A DNA stretch of 40,186 bases from Bacteroidia bacterium (GTDB lineage: Bacteria; Bacteroidota; Bacteroidia; AKYH767-A; 2013-40CM-41-45), in contig DAORHY010000002.1 in NCBI GenBank assembly GCA_035438225.1, forward strand, positions 1 through 40,186, given 5' to 3'. Each line of letters opens with the position of its first letter. Positions within the stretch are counted from its first letter, which is position 1. The position numbers and the translations under genes are program-made. Below, piece after piece: positions 9,596 to 18,585 of the stretch. The notes beneath the pieces were generated by a model. The model made no database searches, was not told where the DNA came from, and saw nothing but the letters and a program-made list of their open reading frames with translations.

Positions 9596-10099
9596 CCCTG
9601 CATACTTCAGGTTCTCTCCACTCATCGTTCCGAGAAAAGAATGACGCGTAAAAATAATCTGCCGCATGTGCAGGTAATCATGCGCCAGCCAGTTGCTCAA
9701 AAACAACTTCCCGCTCATGGGTCCGAATTTCGGATGAGAATAGAATTGGTTCCAGTCGGGATGCGGCAACGATTGCAACCAGTCGAGCGATTTTTTTCTC
9801 TCGTCCAGGAAATTTTCGAATGCAATTTTGAAGTCCCTGTTTTTGTATTTTCCCGATGCCGCCCAACCTTGCGGGTCGATTGACGGCAAGGGCTGGTCGG
9901 GTGTGGTTAAAACGTGTTTCAGCCGTGCACGAAAGTCTTCCCTTTCTTCGTCGTAAAGATGACAGACAATTTCCAGCAGGCACCATTTGCCCGGAGCAGG
10001 TTGAAAATAAATTTGTTCATCATCCGTATCGGACAAGAGACTCTGAAAAACATTCCGGTTTTTATCCAGCCGGCTGATGATGCGTTCAGGATTAAACAT
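9587..10099 (-). CDS. DinB-family (DinB_2) protein, 170 aa from ATG 10099
   Basis: It has the His-containing four-helix-bundle signature (HLYDEE..., WLAHDYLHMRQI). The ATG at 10097-10099 (MFNPERI) is preferred over the longer ORF-track start. Confidence 0.8.
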   Translation of the reverse strand: MFNPERIISRLDKNRNVFQSLLSDTDDEQIYFQPAPGKWCLLEIVCHLYDEEREDFRARLKHVLTTPDQPLPSIDPQGWAASGKYKNRDFKIAFENFLDERKKSLDWLQSLPHPDWNQFYSHPKFGPMSGKLFLSNWLAHDYLHMRQIIFTRHSFLGTMSGENLKYAGDW

Positions 10100-10516
10100 G
10101 ATGAACTTTTTCGCGAATTGAACCGAAAAAATATTTTTGAAAAATAACAAAAATTGCGACCGTCCCACTTCTCCGATGTGTTAATGCCGTGAAAAAAATC
10201 AGAAACAGGTAGTGAGCAGGAAGTAAAAACAACAGGGGTGTCAGGAATTCATGGCAGTATCCAAACCAATTCACAAATCCTGCCTAACCAGTACTGTATT
10301 ATGTAAGTAAATAATTTCGTTTTCAATCAACCGCTTCACAGACTGACCACACAACACTTCCGTTTACAGGTTCAAATCCGCAACATCACCCAAACTAAAC
10401 CAACCCGTCCCCATTCATTTTTATTAGAAACCAATTGTCAGGTTTTAGACATGCCTCTCTTCGAAGAAAATTATCCGGTCATTCCGCTGCCTTCGCGGTT
10501 CCTGTTGTTCAAATGA

Positions 10517-11215
10517 TTACAGTGTTTCCAGCGCAACCTCAATCATGTGACTTAATCCAAGCTGGCGTTCTTCGGAAGTCATGGCTTCTCCGGTGCGGAT
10601 ATGATCGCTGATGGTAAGAATCGCCAGTGCATTTGCCCCATACTCGGCGGCGACACCGAACAACCCGGCGGCTTCCATTTCAATGCAAAGAATATTCATC
10701 TTTTCCATCTGATCGACCAGGTTTGCAACCGGATGATAGAAAAAATCCGAGGAGAAACAGGAGCCGACCAGGGCGGGATATTTTTTTCGTTCCGCTGCTT
10801 CCACCGCTTTCCTTGCAAGCGTAAAACTTGCTGCAGGAGCGAAATCAAACCCGAGCAAACGTGCACGGTTTACATTTGAATCGGTGGAAGCTGAAATCGC
10901 AATCACCATGTCTTTCAGTTGTGTGCCCTTCAATCCACCGGCAGTACCGATTCGGATTATATTTTTCACGCCGTAGTCCGTAATGAGTTCTTTCGCATAC
11001 AAACTGCAGCTCGGAATCCCCATTCCGGAGCCCATGACGGACACTTTCTTTCCTTTGTAGGTTCCGGTGAACCCCAGCATATTTCGGACATTGGTCACCT
11101 CTTTGGCGCCTTCGATAAAATTTTCAGCGATAAATTTCGCACGTAACGGATCACCGGGAAATAAAACTGTTTCTGCAAAAGCACCGGGTGCTGCATTAAT
11201 GTGAATTGTTGCCAT
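10517..11215 (-). CDS. deoD: Purine nucleoside phosphorylase, DeoD type
   Basis: [33 protein letters not shown]...GMGIPS...EMEAAGL is a full-length match to the hexameric PNP family (232 aa). Confidence 0.95.
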   Translation of the reverse strand: MATIHINAAPGAFAETVLFPGDPLRAKFIAENFIEGAKEVTNVRNMLGFTGTYKGKKVSVMGSGMGIPSCSLYAKELITDYGVKNIIRIGTAGGLKGTQLKDMVIAISASTDSNVNRARLLGFDFAPAASFTLARKAVEAAERKKYPALVGSCFSSDFFYHPVANLVDQMEKMNILCIEMEAAGLFGVAAEYGANALAILTISDHIRTGEAMTSEERQLGLSHMIEVALETL

Positions 11216-11495
11216 TGTAATTTGATTTAAAAAGCAATGCGGATACGGCTTTCACCGGGGATGCAATATTCGGTTATTTTCCCGAAACAACGATTGTACA
11301 ATTTAAAAAAATTGCATTCCTCCTCCTGTCTTGTAGCTTTCCTGCAGGATTCCAGTGAACACTGTTCTCCTGTGTTTTTTCTTCTTTTTCCCTCTTTCAA
11401 AAAGAAGCATTGTTAAAGAGACTGACTGATTTGCCTGAATGGAAAAAAAAGCCTTAATTTATTTACGTTTAACCAACAAACAAATCCCAATTCTT

Positions 11496-14096
11496 ATGAA
11501 AAAAATTCTACTCGTTGCTCTTCTGGCATTGAATCTAACCAGCGTATGTGCACAATGGGTACAACAGACTTCCAACATCACTCCCGGTTACTTTGTACAG
11601 TTCATTGATGCAGTGAATACAAATGTATGCTGGGGGCTTGTGGCAGATCCCCTGAACCAGTCCACAGCAGTACAGGAATTTACCCGCACCATTGATGGTG
11701 GCGCCAATTGGCTCGGTGGCGGAATTTCGAATGCCGCAGGGCTCGCTCCATCCTGCATTTGCGCAGTCGGAGAAGACACGGCATGGGTTGCCATGTTCAA
11801 CCCTTCCGGCGGCGCCGGAGCAATTCTAAAAACAGAGGATGGCGGATTTACCTGGGTAACACAACCGACAGCTGCATTCTCCGCTTCCGGAAACTTTCCG
11901 AACATGGTTTATTTCAAAGATGTAAACAACGGGTTTTGCATGGGTGACCCTACCGGCGGGTATTTTGAAATTTACACAACGACGGACGGTGGAACAAACT
12001 GGGTTCGTGTTCCTTCCGGAAGTATCCCTACCATGTTGGCGGGTGAATTCGGAATCACAGATGTTTTCACAGTAAAGGGAAATACAATCTGGTTTGGAAC
12101 GAATCTGGGAAGAATATACAAATCCACCGACCTCGGATTGACCTGGACCGTTGCTTCCACTCCGCTCACAGGCAGTTACATTGGCGCCATTGCATTCCGT
12201 GACGAGATGAATGGCATTGCTTCCAGCGGAAGTGTCGGCGGAAGCGCAGATATCATCCGCACCACAGACGGAGGAACAACCTGGACGCTGGCCGGCAGCA
12301 ATACCGGTGGCTTCACAACCGTTCTCAGCGCCTGCTATGTTCCGGGAACAGATTCCACTTATTTTTTATCCAATCCTGCCGCCAATTCTCAAAACGGAAC
12401 AGCTTACAGCCCAAATGACGGCAACACCTGGATTGTCGCCGACGCTTTGATACACACGGACATTGATTTTGTAGATGATTCCACCGGTTGGACAGGCTCC
12501 AATGAACTGGACGCCCCGATGTTCAAATGGGAAACTCCAATCCGTGTTCCGTTGACAGAAGTTGCGTCCAGCTCCATCGATGTTTCCGCAAACACCGGAT
12601 TGGTGCAGCAAACGCCAAAGGCAACCGTAGTAAACAACAGTCTTGGCGTGCATACCTTTGATGTAACCATGACCATCACCGGCGGCTATTCATCCACCAA
12701 AACCGTGAATGCACTTAGCTTCGGAACTTCTGCCCAGGTAAGTTTCGACCCCTGGACTCCGGCGACAACCGGTGCATATTCTATCGCCGTTTATACTTCC
12801 CTCGCAGGCGACACTGACAACAGCAACGATACGCTCACCAAAGACGTCACCGTTTACGAAGCATTCGAAAATTACGGATGGGTGAGCAAAGCCGAACTTG
12901 CAGTTCCAGCATTCGGACTTGCAGGTGCTTTTCACCTGGACGGTGTCACTTCCACATCACCCGGAACACTTTATTCACTCGGAGGCGGTGGTACTGCTGC
13001 TATCCAAGCCAGTGTGAATTCCTTCAATGATGCTTTCGGTGTATGGAATGCTTCGAACCCGATGCCTTCACCAAAATATCAGTTCTCCGCTCACACCGTG
13101 CGCGGAAAAATATACTGCATCGGCGGTTATTCAACCGGATTTGCCCCCGATGAAAACAATTATGTCTACGACATCGCAGCGGGAACCTGGAGCACTCACG
13201 CTCCCATGCCAATTGCCGTAGGTGATTATGCTTCCGGAGTATATCATGATTCCATCATTTATTATATCGGCGGATACGACGGCGGCGGTGATCAGAACAT
13301 CGTACAGATCTACGACACTTACAATGACACCTGGACCAATGGCACTTCTACCATCGGCACTCCTGCTTCCGGCCTGCGCGGCGGAATGAATGGAAATCAG
13401 ATCATCATCGCAGGAGGATACTCCCAGATCAATGGCGGACCAGTTGATGAAGCCTACCAGGGCTTGGTTGATCCTGCTAACCCGGCAACCATTACCTGGA
13501 CCTCTATTCCGGCTTACCCCGGAGGACGAGTGTCACGTCTCGGAGCTGGCACCGTTTACAAAAACCTGAAACCAATGATTATTTTTGCAGGTGGTGATCC
13601 GACAGGACAGGGAACTGAAGCACTTGGAGATTGCTGGGGGTGGGATCTCACGCTGAACCAATGGTTGATCGGTACGGAAAAAACAACGCATGTCAGCAAT
13701 ATCAGCGACCTGGTTGGGTTGGTTTACAATGACAGTCTGTACATGGCTGCCGTCGGAGGTTATGACGGAACAGGAATACGCGGCGTGAATGAATGGCTGA
13801 ATCTCGGGTATATGCTCATCGACGGGATTCAAAGTACCGGAGCTGTAAATTCGGGATTCACTTTGTATCCGAATCCCGCTACCGATTATGTTTCACTTCG
13901 ATTTGATAACCAACACCCGGACCTGCAGATCTCCTTCATGGATGTAACCGGCAGAATTGTAAACCGTGACTTTGCAGGCAAACAAACGGAATCCATCCGT
14001 TTATCAACCAAACAACTTGCACAGGGGATGTATACCGTACAGGTTACCGGAACTGACGGAGAATTCTTTGGCCGGACACAATTTATTGTTGAATAG
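11496..14096 (+). CDS. T9SS-secreted protein with an N-terminal BNR/Ycf48-like beta-propeller and a Kelch-like propeller (866 aa from ATG 11496)
   Basis: It has a signal peptide (MKKILLVALLALNLTSVCAQ) and BNR-type motifs (TIDGGANW, TEDGGFTW, TTDGGTNW, STDLGLTW, TTDGGTTW). Kelch-like repeats follow (IYCIGGY, IIYYIGGYDG, IIIAGGY, AAVGGYDG). The C-terminal LYPNPATDYVSL...GMYTVQV...FIVE is a T9SS sorting domain. Confidence 0.8.
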   Translation: MKKILLVALLALNLTSVCAQWVQQTSNITPGYFVQFIDAVNTNVCWGLVADPLNQSTAVQEFTRTIDGGANWLGGGISNAAGLAPSCICAVGEDTAWVAMFNPSGGAGAILKTEDGGFTWVTQPTAAFSASGNFPNMVYFKDVNNGFCMGDPTGGYFEIYTTTDGGTNWVRVPSGSIPTMLAGEFGITDVFTVKGNTIWFGTNLGRIYKSTDLGLTWTVASTPLTGSYIGAIAFRDEMNGIASSGSVGGSADIIRTTDGGTTWTLAGSNTGGFTTVLSACYVPGTDSTYFLSNPAANSQNGTAYSPNDGNTWIVADALIHTDIDFVDDSTGWTGSNELDAPMFKWETPIRVPLTEVASSSIDVSANTGLVQQTPKATVVNNSLGVHTFDVTMTITGGYSSTKTVNALSFGTSAQVSFDPWTPATTGAYSIAVYTSLAGDTDNSNDTLTKDVTVYEAFENYGWVSKAELAVPAFGLAGAFHLDGVTSTSPGTLYSLGGGGTAAIQASVNSFNDAFGVWNASNPMPSPKYQFSAHTVRGKIYCIGGYSTGFAPDENNYVYDIAAGTWSTHAPMPIAVGDYASGVYHDSIIYYIGGYDGGGDQNIVQIYDTYNDTWTNGTSTIGTPASGLRGGMNGNQIIIAGGYSQINGGPVDEAYQGLVDPANPATITWTSIPAYPGGRVSRLGAGTVYKNLKPMIIFAGGDPTGQGTEALGDCWGWDLTLNQWLIGTEKTTHVSNISDLVGLVYNDSLYMAAVGGYDGTGIRGVNEWLNLGYMLIDGIQSTGAVNSGFTLYPNPATDYVSLRFDNQHPDLQISFMDVTGRIVNRDFAGKQTESIRLSTKQLAQGMYTVQVTGTDGEFFGRTQFIVE

Positions 14097-14123
14097 GTCC
14101 GCTTACTGATTGTACTCAGTACA

Positions 14124-14170
14124 AAACACCGTTCCGGCACAAGGTTGTGAAGGAACGGTGTTTTTCTTTT
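14124..14170. terminator. Bidirectional rho-independent terminator between convergent genes
   Basis: A 12-bp stem pairs aaacaccgttcc (14124-14135) with ggaacggtgttt (14152-14163). It is followed by ttctttt on the + strand and has an A/T-rich 5' flank for the - strand. Confidence 0.65.
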
Positions 14171-14228
14171 GAAGGACCGCTGTTGAGCATCCTGCGTGAA
14201 GCTGTGGCGATTCAGCGCAAATTAAAAT

Positions 14229-14564
14229 CTATATTTTCTCCAACTTCACGGCTGTACCATACGCCAGGACCTCCGTCACACCATTCATGACCTCATTTGC
14301 ATCGTAGCGCATGCTTACAATTCCGTTGGCTCCCAGTTGTTCCGCATGCTGTATCATTTCCTCGAAAGCTTCCAGCCTGGTTTGTTCGCAAAGTTCCTTG
14401 TAGATACTGATATTGCCTCCGAAAATTGTCTGGATACCTCCTGCGAGATTTCCCAATATGCTGCGGCTACGAACTGTAATTCCGCGAATGACTCCCAGTG
14501 ATTCTGCAATTCTGTAGCCATCCACAGTAAGGGCGGTTGTTATCAATCGTTTGTCCATGATCAT
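14229..14564 (-). CDS. ybjQ: YbjQ/UPF0145 family protein
   Basis: The family-typical sequence is LITTALTVDGYRIAESLGVIRGITVRSRSILGNLAGGIQTIFGGNISIYKELCEQTRLEAFEEM...ANGIVSMRYD. The start may instead be the second ATG at 14558. Confidence 0.85.
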   Translation of the reverse strand: MIMDKRLITTALTVDGYRIAESLGVIRGITVRSRSILGNLAGGIQTIFGGNISIYKELCEQTRLEAFEEMIQHAEQLGANGIVSMRYDANEVMNGVTEVLAYGTAVKLEKI

Positions 14565-14663
14565 TATTTTTAAAAAGCTGAAGGTAATTATTTCGTGTGA
14601 TTATAACCGGACTGTTCCTGCAGCTGCCCGGATGATATTTGTAAATTTGCCTGCCGCAACGAT

Positions 14664-15195
14664 ATGCCACCAATGGAAACTACGCAACTGCTGAAAAGCA
14701 TCCTGCTGCAGTACGACTTCAACTTCGTCTATGCGGCGGAACTTGTCAGCGACCTGAATGAAAAACAAATGACCAGTGTACCATCGAGTGGATTGATCAA
14801 TCATCCTGCATTTACACTGGGACACCTGGTTTCCGGAAGTGCTTTGATGGTGGAGGACCTGGGTAGAACTTTTGAAATGCTTCCCGGCTGGGCGGAACTT
14901 TTTCTTCGTCAGGGTCCCGGCGACTCCCGAAAACCTGAGGAGGACACAATGAAATCCCTTCGAAAAAAGAACTTCTGAAAGAGCTGGAACTTCAACACAA
15001 CAAAGTAAAGAGTTTATTGCTTAAAAAAATCCGGAAGAATTGACTGCTCCTTTCAAATGGAGGTTTCAATCCCTGATACCAACATTGCCGGACCTCGCGT
15101 TATTCATGTGTATCAATCATGAGTCCATGCACCTTGGCCAGTTGGCAGCATGGAGGCGGGCCATGCAGCTTCCATCTGCGCTGGAAAGGATTTAA
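14664..15195 (+). pseudogene. DinB-family gene interrupted by two -1 frameshifts (or two homopolymer sequencing errors)
   Basis: Frame 0 (14664-14978) encodes the DinB N-terminal half (HPAFTLGHLV). Frame 2 continues with PSKKELLKELELQHNKVKSLLLKK up to TGA at 15041-15043. Frame 1 then continues with PEELTAPFKW...INHESMHLGQLAAWRRAMQLP up to TAA at 15193-15195. Adding one A to the A7 run at 15023-15029 restores LKKNPEELT. Adding one base in the AAA/CCC runs at 14952-14958 restores the first junction. Confidence 0.75.
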
Positions 15196-15203
15196 ACCGC
15201 ATC

Positions 15204-15224
15204 CCCGAATTTATTTCGGGCTTT
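15204..15224 (+). terminator. Weak hairpin downstream of the frameshifted DinB gene
   Basis: cccgaa-tttat-ttcggg forms a 6-bp stem followed by cttta. The U-tract is poor. Confidence 0.3.
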
Positions 15225-15455
15225 ATCCGCAGATAAAAATATTTCTTTCGGTTATTAAATGTCGTATCTGCTTTTGAAATACTTCTTAATTCGTCTTCCG
15301 TTGCAGCGTTCAACAATCCATGTTCTTCCTTTCAACCATTAAAATTGGGCAGTGCATTCCCCAAACAGGTTTTTAAAATGTCCTGAATATTTCCGGTTAA
15401 ACACAGTGATAAGTCCACCACACTTCCTAAATTGCATTCGAATAAGTATCCCCGG

Positions 15456-16442
15456 ATGACCACAGCCAGGCAAAACTTCGCCTTTCAAAAAATTGTCGCT
15501 ACCGTGAGTGTGGCATTGTTTGCCGTTAAACTTGGCGCCTGGTACATTACCAACTCCGTTTCCATTCTCACCGATGCACTGGAAAGCACAATCAATGTTG
15601 TGAGTGGATTTATTGGCTTGTACAGCCTTTATCTTTCTGCAAGGCCAAAGGATGAAAACCATCCGTATGGGCATGGTAAGGTTGAATTTGTTTCTGCCGC
15701 CATCGAAGGAACACTGATTTCCGTTGCCGGGTTGATCATCATTTATGAAGCCATCAACAATCTTCAGCACCCGCATGTAATCGGAAAACTTGATTATGGG
15801 ATTTACCTGGTGAGTTTTACTGCCCTGATAAATTTTACAGTCGGTTTTTATGCGATCCGGAAGGGCCGGCAAAACAATTCCCTTGCTCTTATTGCCAGTG
15901 GGAAACACCTTCAGTCGGATACGTATTCAACTGTAGGCATCATCATCGGTTTGATCCTGATCTATTTTACCCGGCTATCCTGGCTGGACAGTGCAGTGGC
16001 TTTGTTGTTTGCGTTCTTCATTATTTTTACCGGCTACAAGATCATACGTACTTCTCTTGCCGGTATCATGGACGAAGCAGATACCGAGTTGCTCAAAAAG
16101 GTAGTGATTACCTTTCAACAGAACCGCCGGGAAAACTGGATTGATCTGCACAATCTCCGGATCATAAAGTACGGAGGTATGTTGCATCTCGATTGCCACA
16201 TGACCGTTCCCTGGTTTCTGAATGTACACGAAGCCCACGATGAAATTGACCGGCTCGAGAAACTGGTGAGGGAGCATTTTGGAGAAAGTGTAGAATTATT
16301 TGTACATACCGACGGCTGCCTGGAATTTTCCTGCAAAATCTGCATGAAGCAGGATTGCAGTGTGAGAAAACACCCCTTCGTAAAGCCGGTTGAATGGACA
16401 GTAGAAAATATTTCCACAAACAGCAAACACAGGATCGATTAA
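15456..16442 (+). CDS. Cation diffusion facilitator (CDF) family metal efflux transporter
   Basis: It shows the six-TM CDF pattern (FAVKLGAWYITNSVSILTDALES..., HPYGHGKVEF, LQSDTYS) and a cytoplasmic C-terminal domain. ATG 15456 (MTTARQNF) is preferred over the TTG at 15432. It carries an extra Cys-rich tail. Confidence 0.9.
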   Translation: MTTARQNFAFQKIVATVSVALFAVKLGAWYITNSVSILTDALESTINVVSGFIGLYSLYLSARPKDENHPYGHGKVEFVSAAIEGTLISVAGLIIIYEAINNLQHPHVIGKLDYGIYLVSFTALINFTVGFYAIRKGRQNNSLALIASGKHLQSDTYSTVGIIIGLILIYFTRLSWLDSAVALLFAFFIIFTGYKIIRTSLAGIMDEADTELLKKVVITFQQNRRENWIDLHNLRIIKYGGMLHLDCHMTVPWFLNVHEAHDEIDRLEKLVREHFGESVELFVHTDGCLEFSCKICMKQDCSVRKHPFVKPVEWTVENISTNSKHRID

Positions 16443-16491
16443 TTGAATCCTGCTAATGCCTGCTATTTTTTCTACCTCCTGTTGTTCCCGG

Positions 16492-17427
16492 TTAAAAAGC
16501 GTCCATTATCCTGGCATTCCTTTTTTTCTTTTCCAACGGAACAATGGTAATGATCTCTTCTTTAATTGCTTTTAAAAATTTTTTCCTTGGAAAATTCCGC
16601 ATCACAACAAGACTAATCTCCCGTACCGGTTTTGGATTGGCGAACTCCCGTACTTTTTTATTTTGAGCGGAGCTAAGTTGTGCAGCGGCAAGTTCCGGAA
16701 TAATTGTAATTCCCTGATACCGGTCCACCAGGTTGACAAGGGTTTCTATGCTACCGGCTTCGTAACAGATATGTTCTCCATCCAAATCCTTTTTTTTCAA
16801 TTCGCACAAATTAAAAACCTGGTTCCGCAGGCAATGCCCCTCTTCGAGCAACCACAGGTGATGAATGTCGATTTCTTTCGGTAAAAGAAATTTCTTCGCC
16901 GGAAGCTTTTCGCTACGGGATGCATAGGCATAAAACTCTTCATCGAAAAGCGGATGTTCTTCCAGTTGTTCTTCATTGAGTGGAGTCGCGGCCAGGCCTG
17001 CATCCATTTCACCGTTTTTCAGCTGACGGATGATATCATTTGTTACTGCTTCACGGATGATCAGTTTCATGGACGGAAATTTCTGACTGAACGGCCGGAT
17101 GAATAAGGGTAAAAGATAGGGCGCCAGAGTTGGGATAATTCCAAGCCGAAATTCTCCGGTAATTCCTTCTTTTGTTTCGATGGCAAATTCACGCATGCGG
17201 TTGACTTCCGCGAGGATGTGTGTTGCCCGCCGGATAATTTCCTCACCCTCCCGGGTAGGTACCAGGGGCTGATGACTGCGGTCAAAAATGACAATACCCA
17301 ACTCATCCTCCAGCTTCCGTACCATCATGCTCAAGGTCGGTTGTGTGACGAAACTATGTTCAGCAGCCCGGGCAAAATGCCGGTGCCGGTCCAGAGCAAG
17401 GATGTATTCCAGTTGTTGTAAATTCAT
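16492..17427 (-). CDS. oxyR: LysR-family peroxide sensor and regulator OxyR
   Basis: It has an N-terminal LysR HTH (MNLQQLEYILALDRHRHFARAAEHSFVTQPTLSMMVRKLEDELG). The redox Cys pair has OxyR spacing: GHCLRNQVFNLC, with the two Cys 9 residues apart as in C199/C208. It is divergent from dps. Confidence 0.9.
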   Translation of the reverse strand: MNLQQLEYILALDRHRHFARAAEHSFVTQPTLSMMVRKLEDELGIVIFDRSHQPLVPTREGEEIIRRATHILAEVNRMREFAIETKEGITGEFRLGIIPTLAPYLLPLFIRPFSQKFPSMKLIIREAVTNDIIRQLKNGEMDAGLAATPLNEEQLEEHPLFDEEFYAYASRSEKLPAKKFLLPKEIDIHHLWLLEEGHCLRNQVFNLCELKKKDLDGEHICYEAGSIETLVNLVDRYQGITIIPELAAAQLSSAQNKKVREFANPKPVREISLVVMRNFPRKKFLKAIKEEIITIVPLEKKKRNARIMDAF

Positions 17428-17431
17428 ATAT

Positions 17432-17467
17432 ATAGACTATATCTATACGAAGATAAAATATATCTGT
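17432..17467. promoter_or_regulatory. Putative OxyR operator in the oxyR-dps intergenic region
   Basis: The sequence is ATAGactatatCTAT-acgaag-ATAAaatatatCTGT. The first half fits ATAG-N7-CTAT perfectly. The second half is degenerate, with 6-nt rather than 7-nt spacing from the first. It sits just upstream of, and overlapping, a TTTG -33-like box. Confidence 0.45.
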
Positions 17468-17498
17468 TTGATTTATATCATCCGGAGTCCGAATTTTG
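17467..17498 (+). promoter_or_regulatory. Putative Bacteroidota-type dps promoter (-33 TTTG, -7 gAatTTTG)
   Basis: TTTG lies at 17467-17470 and gaatTTTG at 17491-17498 (7 of 8 matches to TAnnTTTG). The spacer is 20 nt and the -7 box ends about 19 nt before the dps ATG. Confidence 0.35.
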
Positions 17499-17516
17499 CA
17501 GCACCAAGAACACAGT

Positions 17517-17993
17517 ATGAGCAAATTCAACAGTATAGGAATTGACAAGAAAAAGGCAAAATCTTTGTCGGAAAATCTGAATGTCCTCCTGGCAAATTAC
17601 CAGCTCTTTTACATGAACACCCGTGGTCTTCACTGGAACATCCGCGGTGAAAAGTTTTTTGAGCTTCACCTCAAATTTGAGGAACTCTACAATAACCTCG
17701 TGCTCAAAGTGGATGAAATCGCCGAACGAATCCTCACACTCGGTCATACACCAAAACACACCTTCAACGATTACCTCCACATCAGTGAAGTGAAAGAAGT
17801 GAAAAACGTCACTAGCGGAAGAGCGGCCGTTGAAAGTGTTGTGAATGCATTTCAGAAAATTATCATCCGCCAACGTGAAATCCTGACCATGGCTGCTGAA
17901 GCCGGTGATGAAGGAACAAACGCCCTGATGAGCGACTACATCCGGGAACAGGAAAAACTGGTTTGGATGTACGAAGCGTATCTGGACAAATGA
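17517..17993 (+). CDS. dps: Dps-family DNA-protection/ferritin-like protein
   Basis: The Dps ferroxidase signature LHWNIRGEKFFELHLKFEELY...DEIAERI is present. The protein is 158 aa from ATG 17517; the ORF-track start at 17496 is a TTG. Confidence 0.9.
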   Translation: MSKFNSIGIDKKKAKSLSENLNVLLANYQLFYMNTRGLHWNIRGEKFFELHLKFEELYNNLVLKVDEIAERILTLGHTPKHTFNDYLHISEVKEVKNVTSGRAAVESVVNAFQKIIIRQREILTMAAEAGDEGTNALMSDYIREQEKLVWMYEAYLDK

Positions 17994-18145
17994 GTTTCGG
18001 GATACCGGTTCAGGGGTTGGGAATACGGAGAATAGAATGTTAAATTTCTATTGTTCAGTAATTCATTTATTTCAACTGAATTCAATAGCCATTTAGAAAA
18101 TTCACAAGAGAATTTGGATAAAAATAGTGTTGTAATGTGATGATT

Positions 18146-18181
18146 GAGGGAGAGTAACTGCGCTACTCTCCCTTTTTTTTT
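18146..18181 (+). terminator. Rho-independent terminator of dps
   Basis: The stem pairs gagggagagta (18146-18156) with tactctccc (18164-18172). The loop is 7 nt and a T9 run follows. Confidence 0.75.
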
Positions 18182-18194
18182 ATTTCTTTGCAGG

Positions 18195-18329
18195 ATGACC
18201 GGCCCGGAAAAAAAACAGCTGTTTTCCAGCTCAAAAAATTTCTTTAAAAAAGCAGGACTGATCGGATTTTTATTCTTTCTGGTCAAAGGTTTGCTCTGGC
18301 TGGCCTTTGGATATTTCCTTTTGAAATAA
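18195..18329 (+). CDS. Possible 44-aa single-TM small protein
   Basis: ATG at 18195 gives MTGPEKKQLFSSSKNFFKKAGLIGFLFFLVKGLLWLAFGYFLLK, which has a clean hydrophobic helix. It begins directly after the dps terminator and I could not identify a promoter, so the call is weak. Confidence 0.3.
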   Translation: MTGPEKKQLFSSSKNFFKKAGLIGFLFFLVKGLLWLAFGYFLLK

Positions 18330-18585
18330 ACTTTTTCTCCCGAAACCATGCTCGAGAGACACCCTTTGCGCAGGTCTACGAAATTAAATCCGGGGCACAC
18401 CCAGACTCCGGACCAGGTTTCATGCATGTCAACCGGCATGCTGAGTTGATCAGAGATAACGCTGCCTTTTGTACTGTGGAACCGACCTGTCCTGGACAAC
18501 CTTAGCATGGGAGGCCGGAAAATGTAAAACATTTACTGTTGCTCCCGGTCATTCTTCCGGAAAAAATCTAACATTGCAGTTCCTT

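Noticed and set aside
10361-10390. GGTTCAAATCC, a tRNA T-loop-like word, in the 417-bp deoD/DinB spacer. It could be a tRNA or an att-site remnant.
   Set aside because: The flanking bases do not form a T-stem (cagg/ccgc mispairs). No acceptor, D-arm or anticodon-arm complementarity is visible in the preceding 70 nt, so the match is probably chance.
15339-15908. A 189-aa minus-strand ORF.
   Set aside because: It overlaps the N-terminal half of the CDF transporter in antisense. The CDF frame has clear family motifs and this one has none.
17936-18532. A 198-aa minus-strand ORF spanning the dps 3' end, its terminator and the 44-aa ORF.
   Set aside because: It overlaps a strong terminator hairpin and the dps coding end. 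Its sequence is low-complexity (K/N/F/S rich) and it has no plausible start context.
18330-18585. A possible SRP (4.5S) RNA or a TPP-type or other riboswitch in this gap (segments such as ccaggacaggtcgg...aaggcag on the minus strand and ctgag...gataacgc on the plus strand).
   Set aside because: The diagnostic cores are absent: GGAAGCAGC and a GNRA loop for SRP, and the CUGAGA...ACCUGAUCUGGAUAAUGCCAGCG context for TPP. The similarity is limited to short words. The gap is kept only as an unexplained region.
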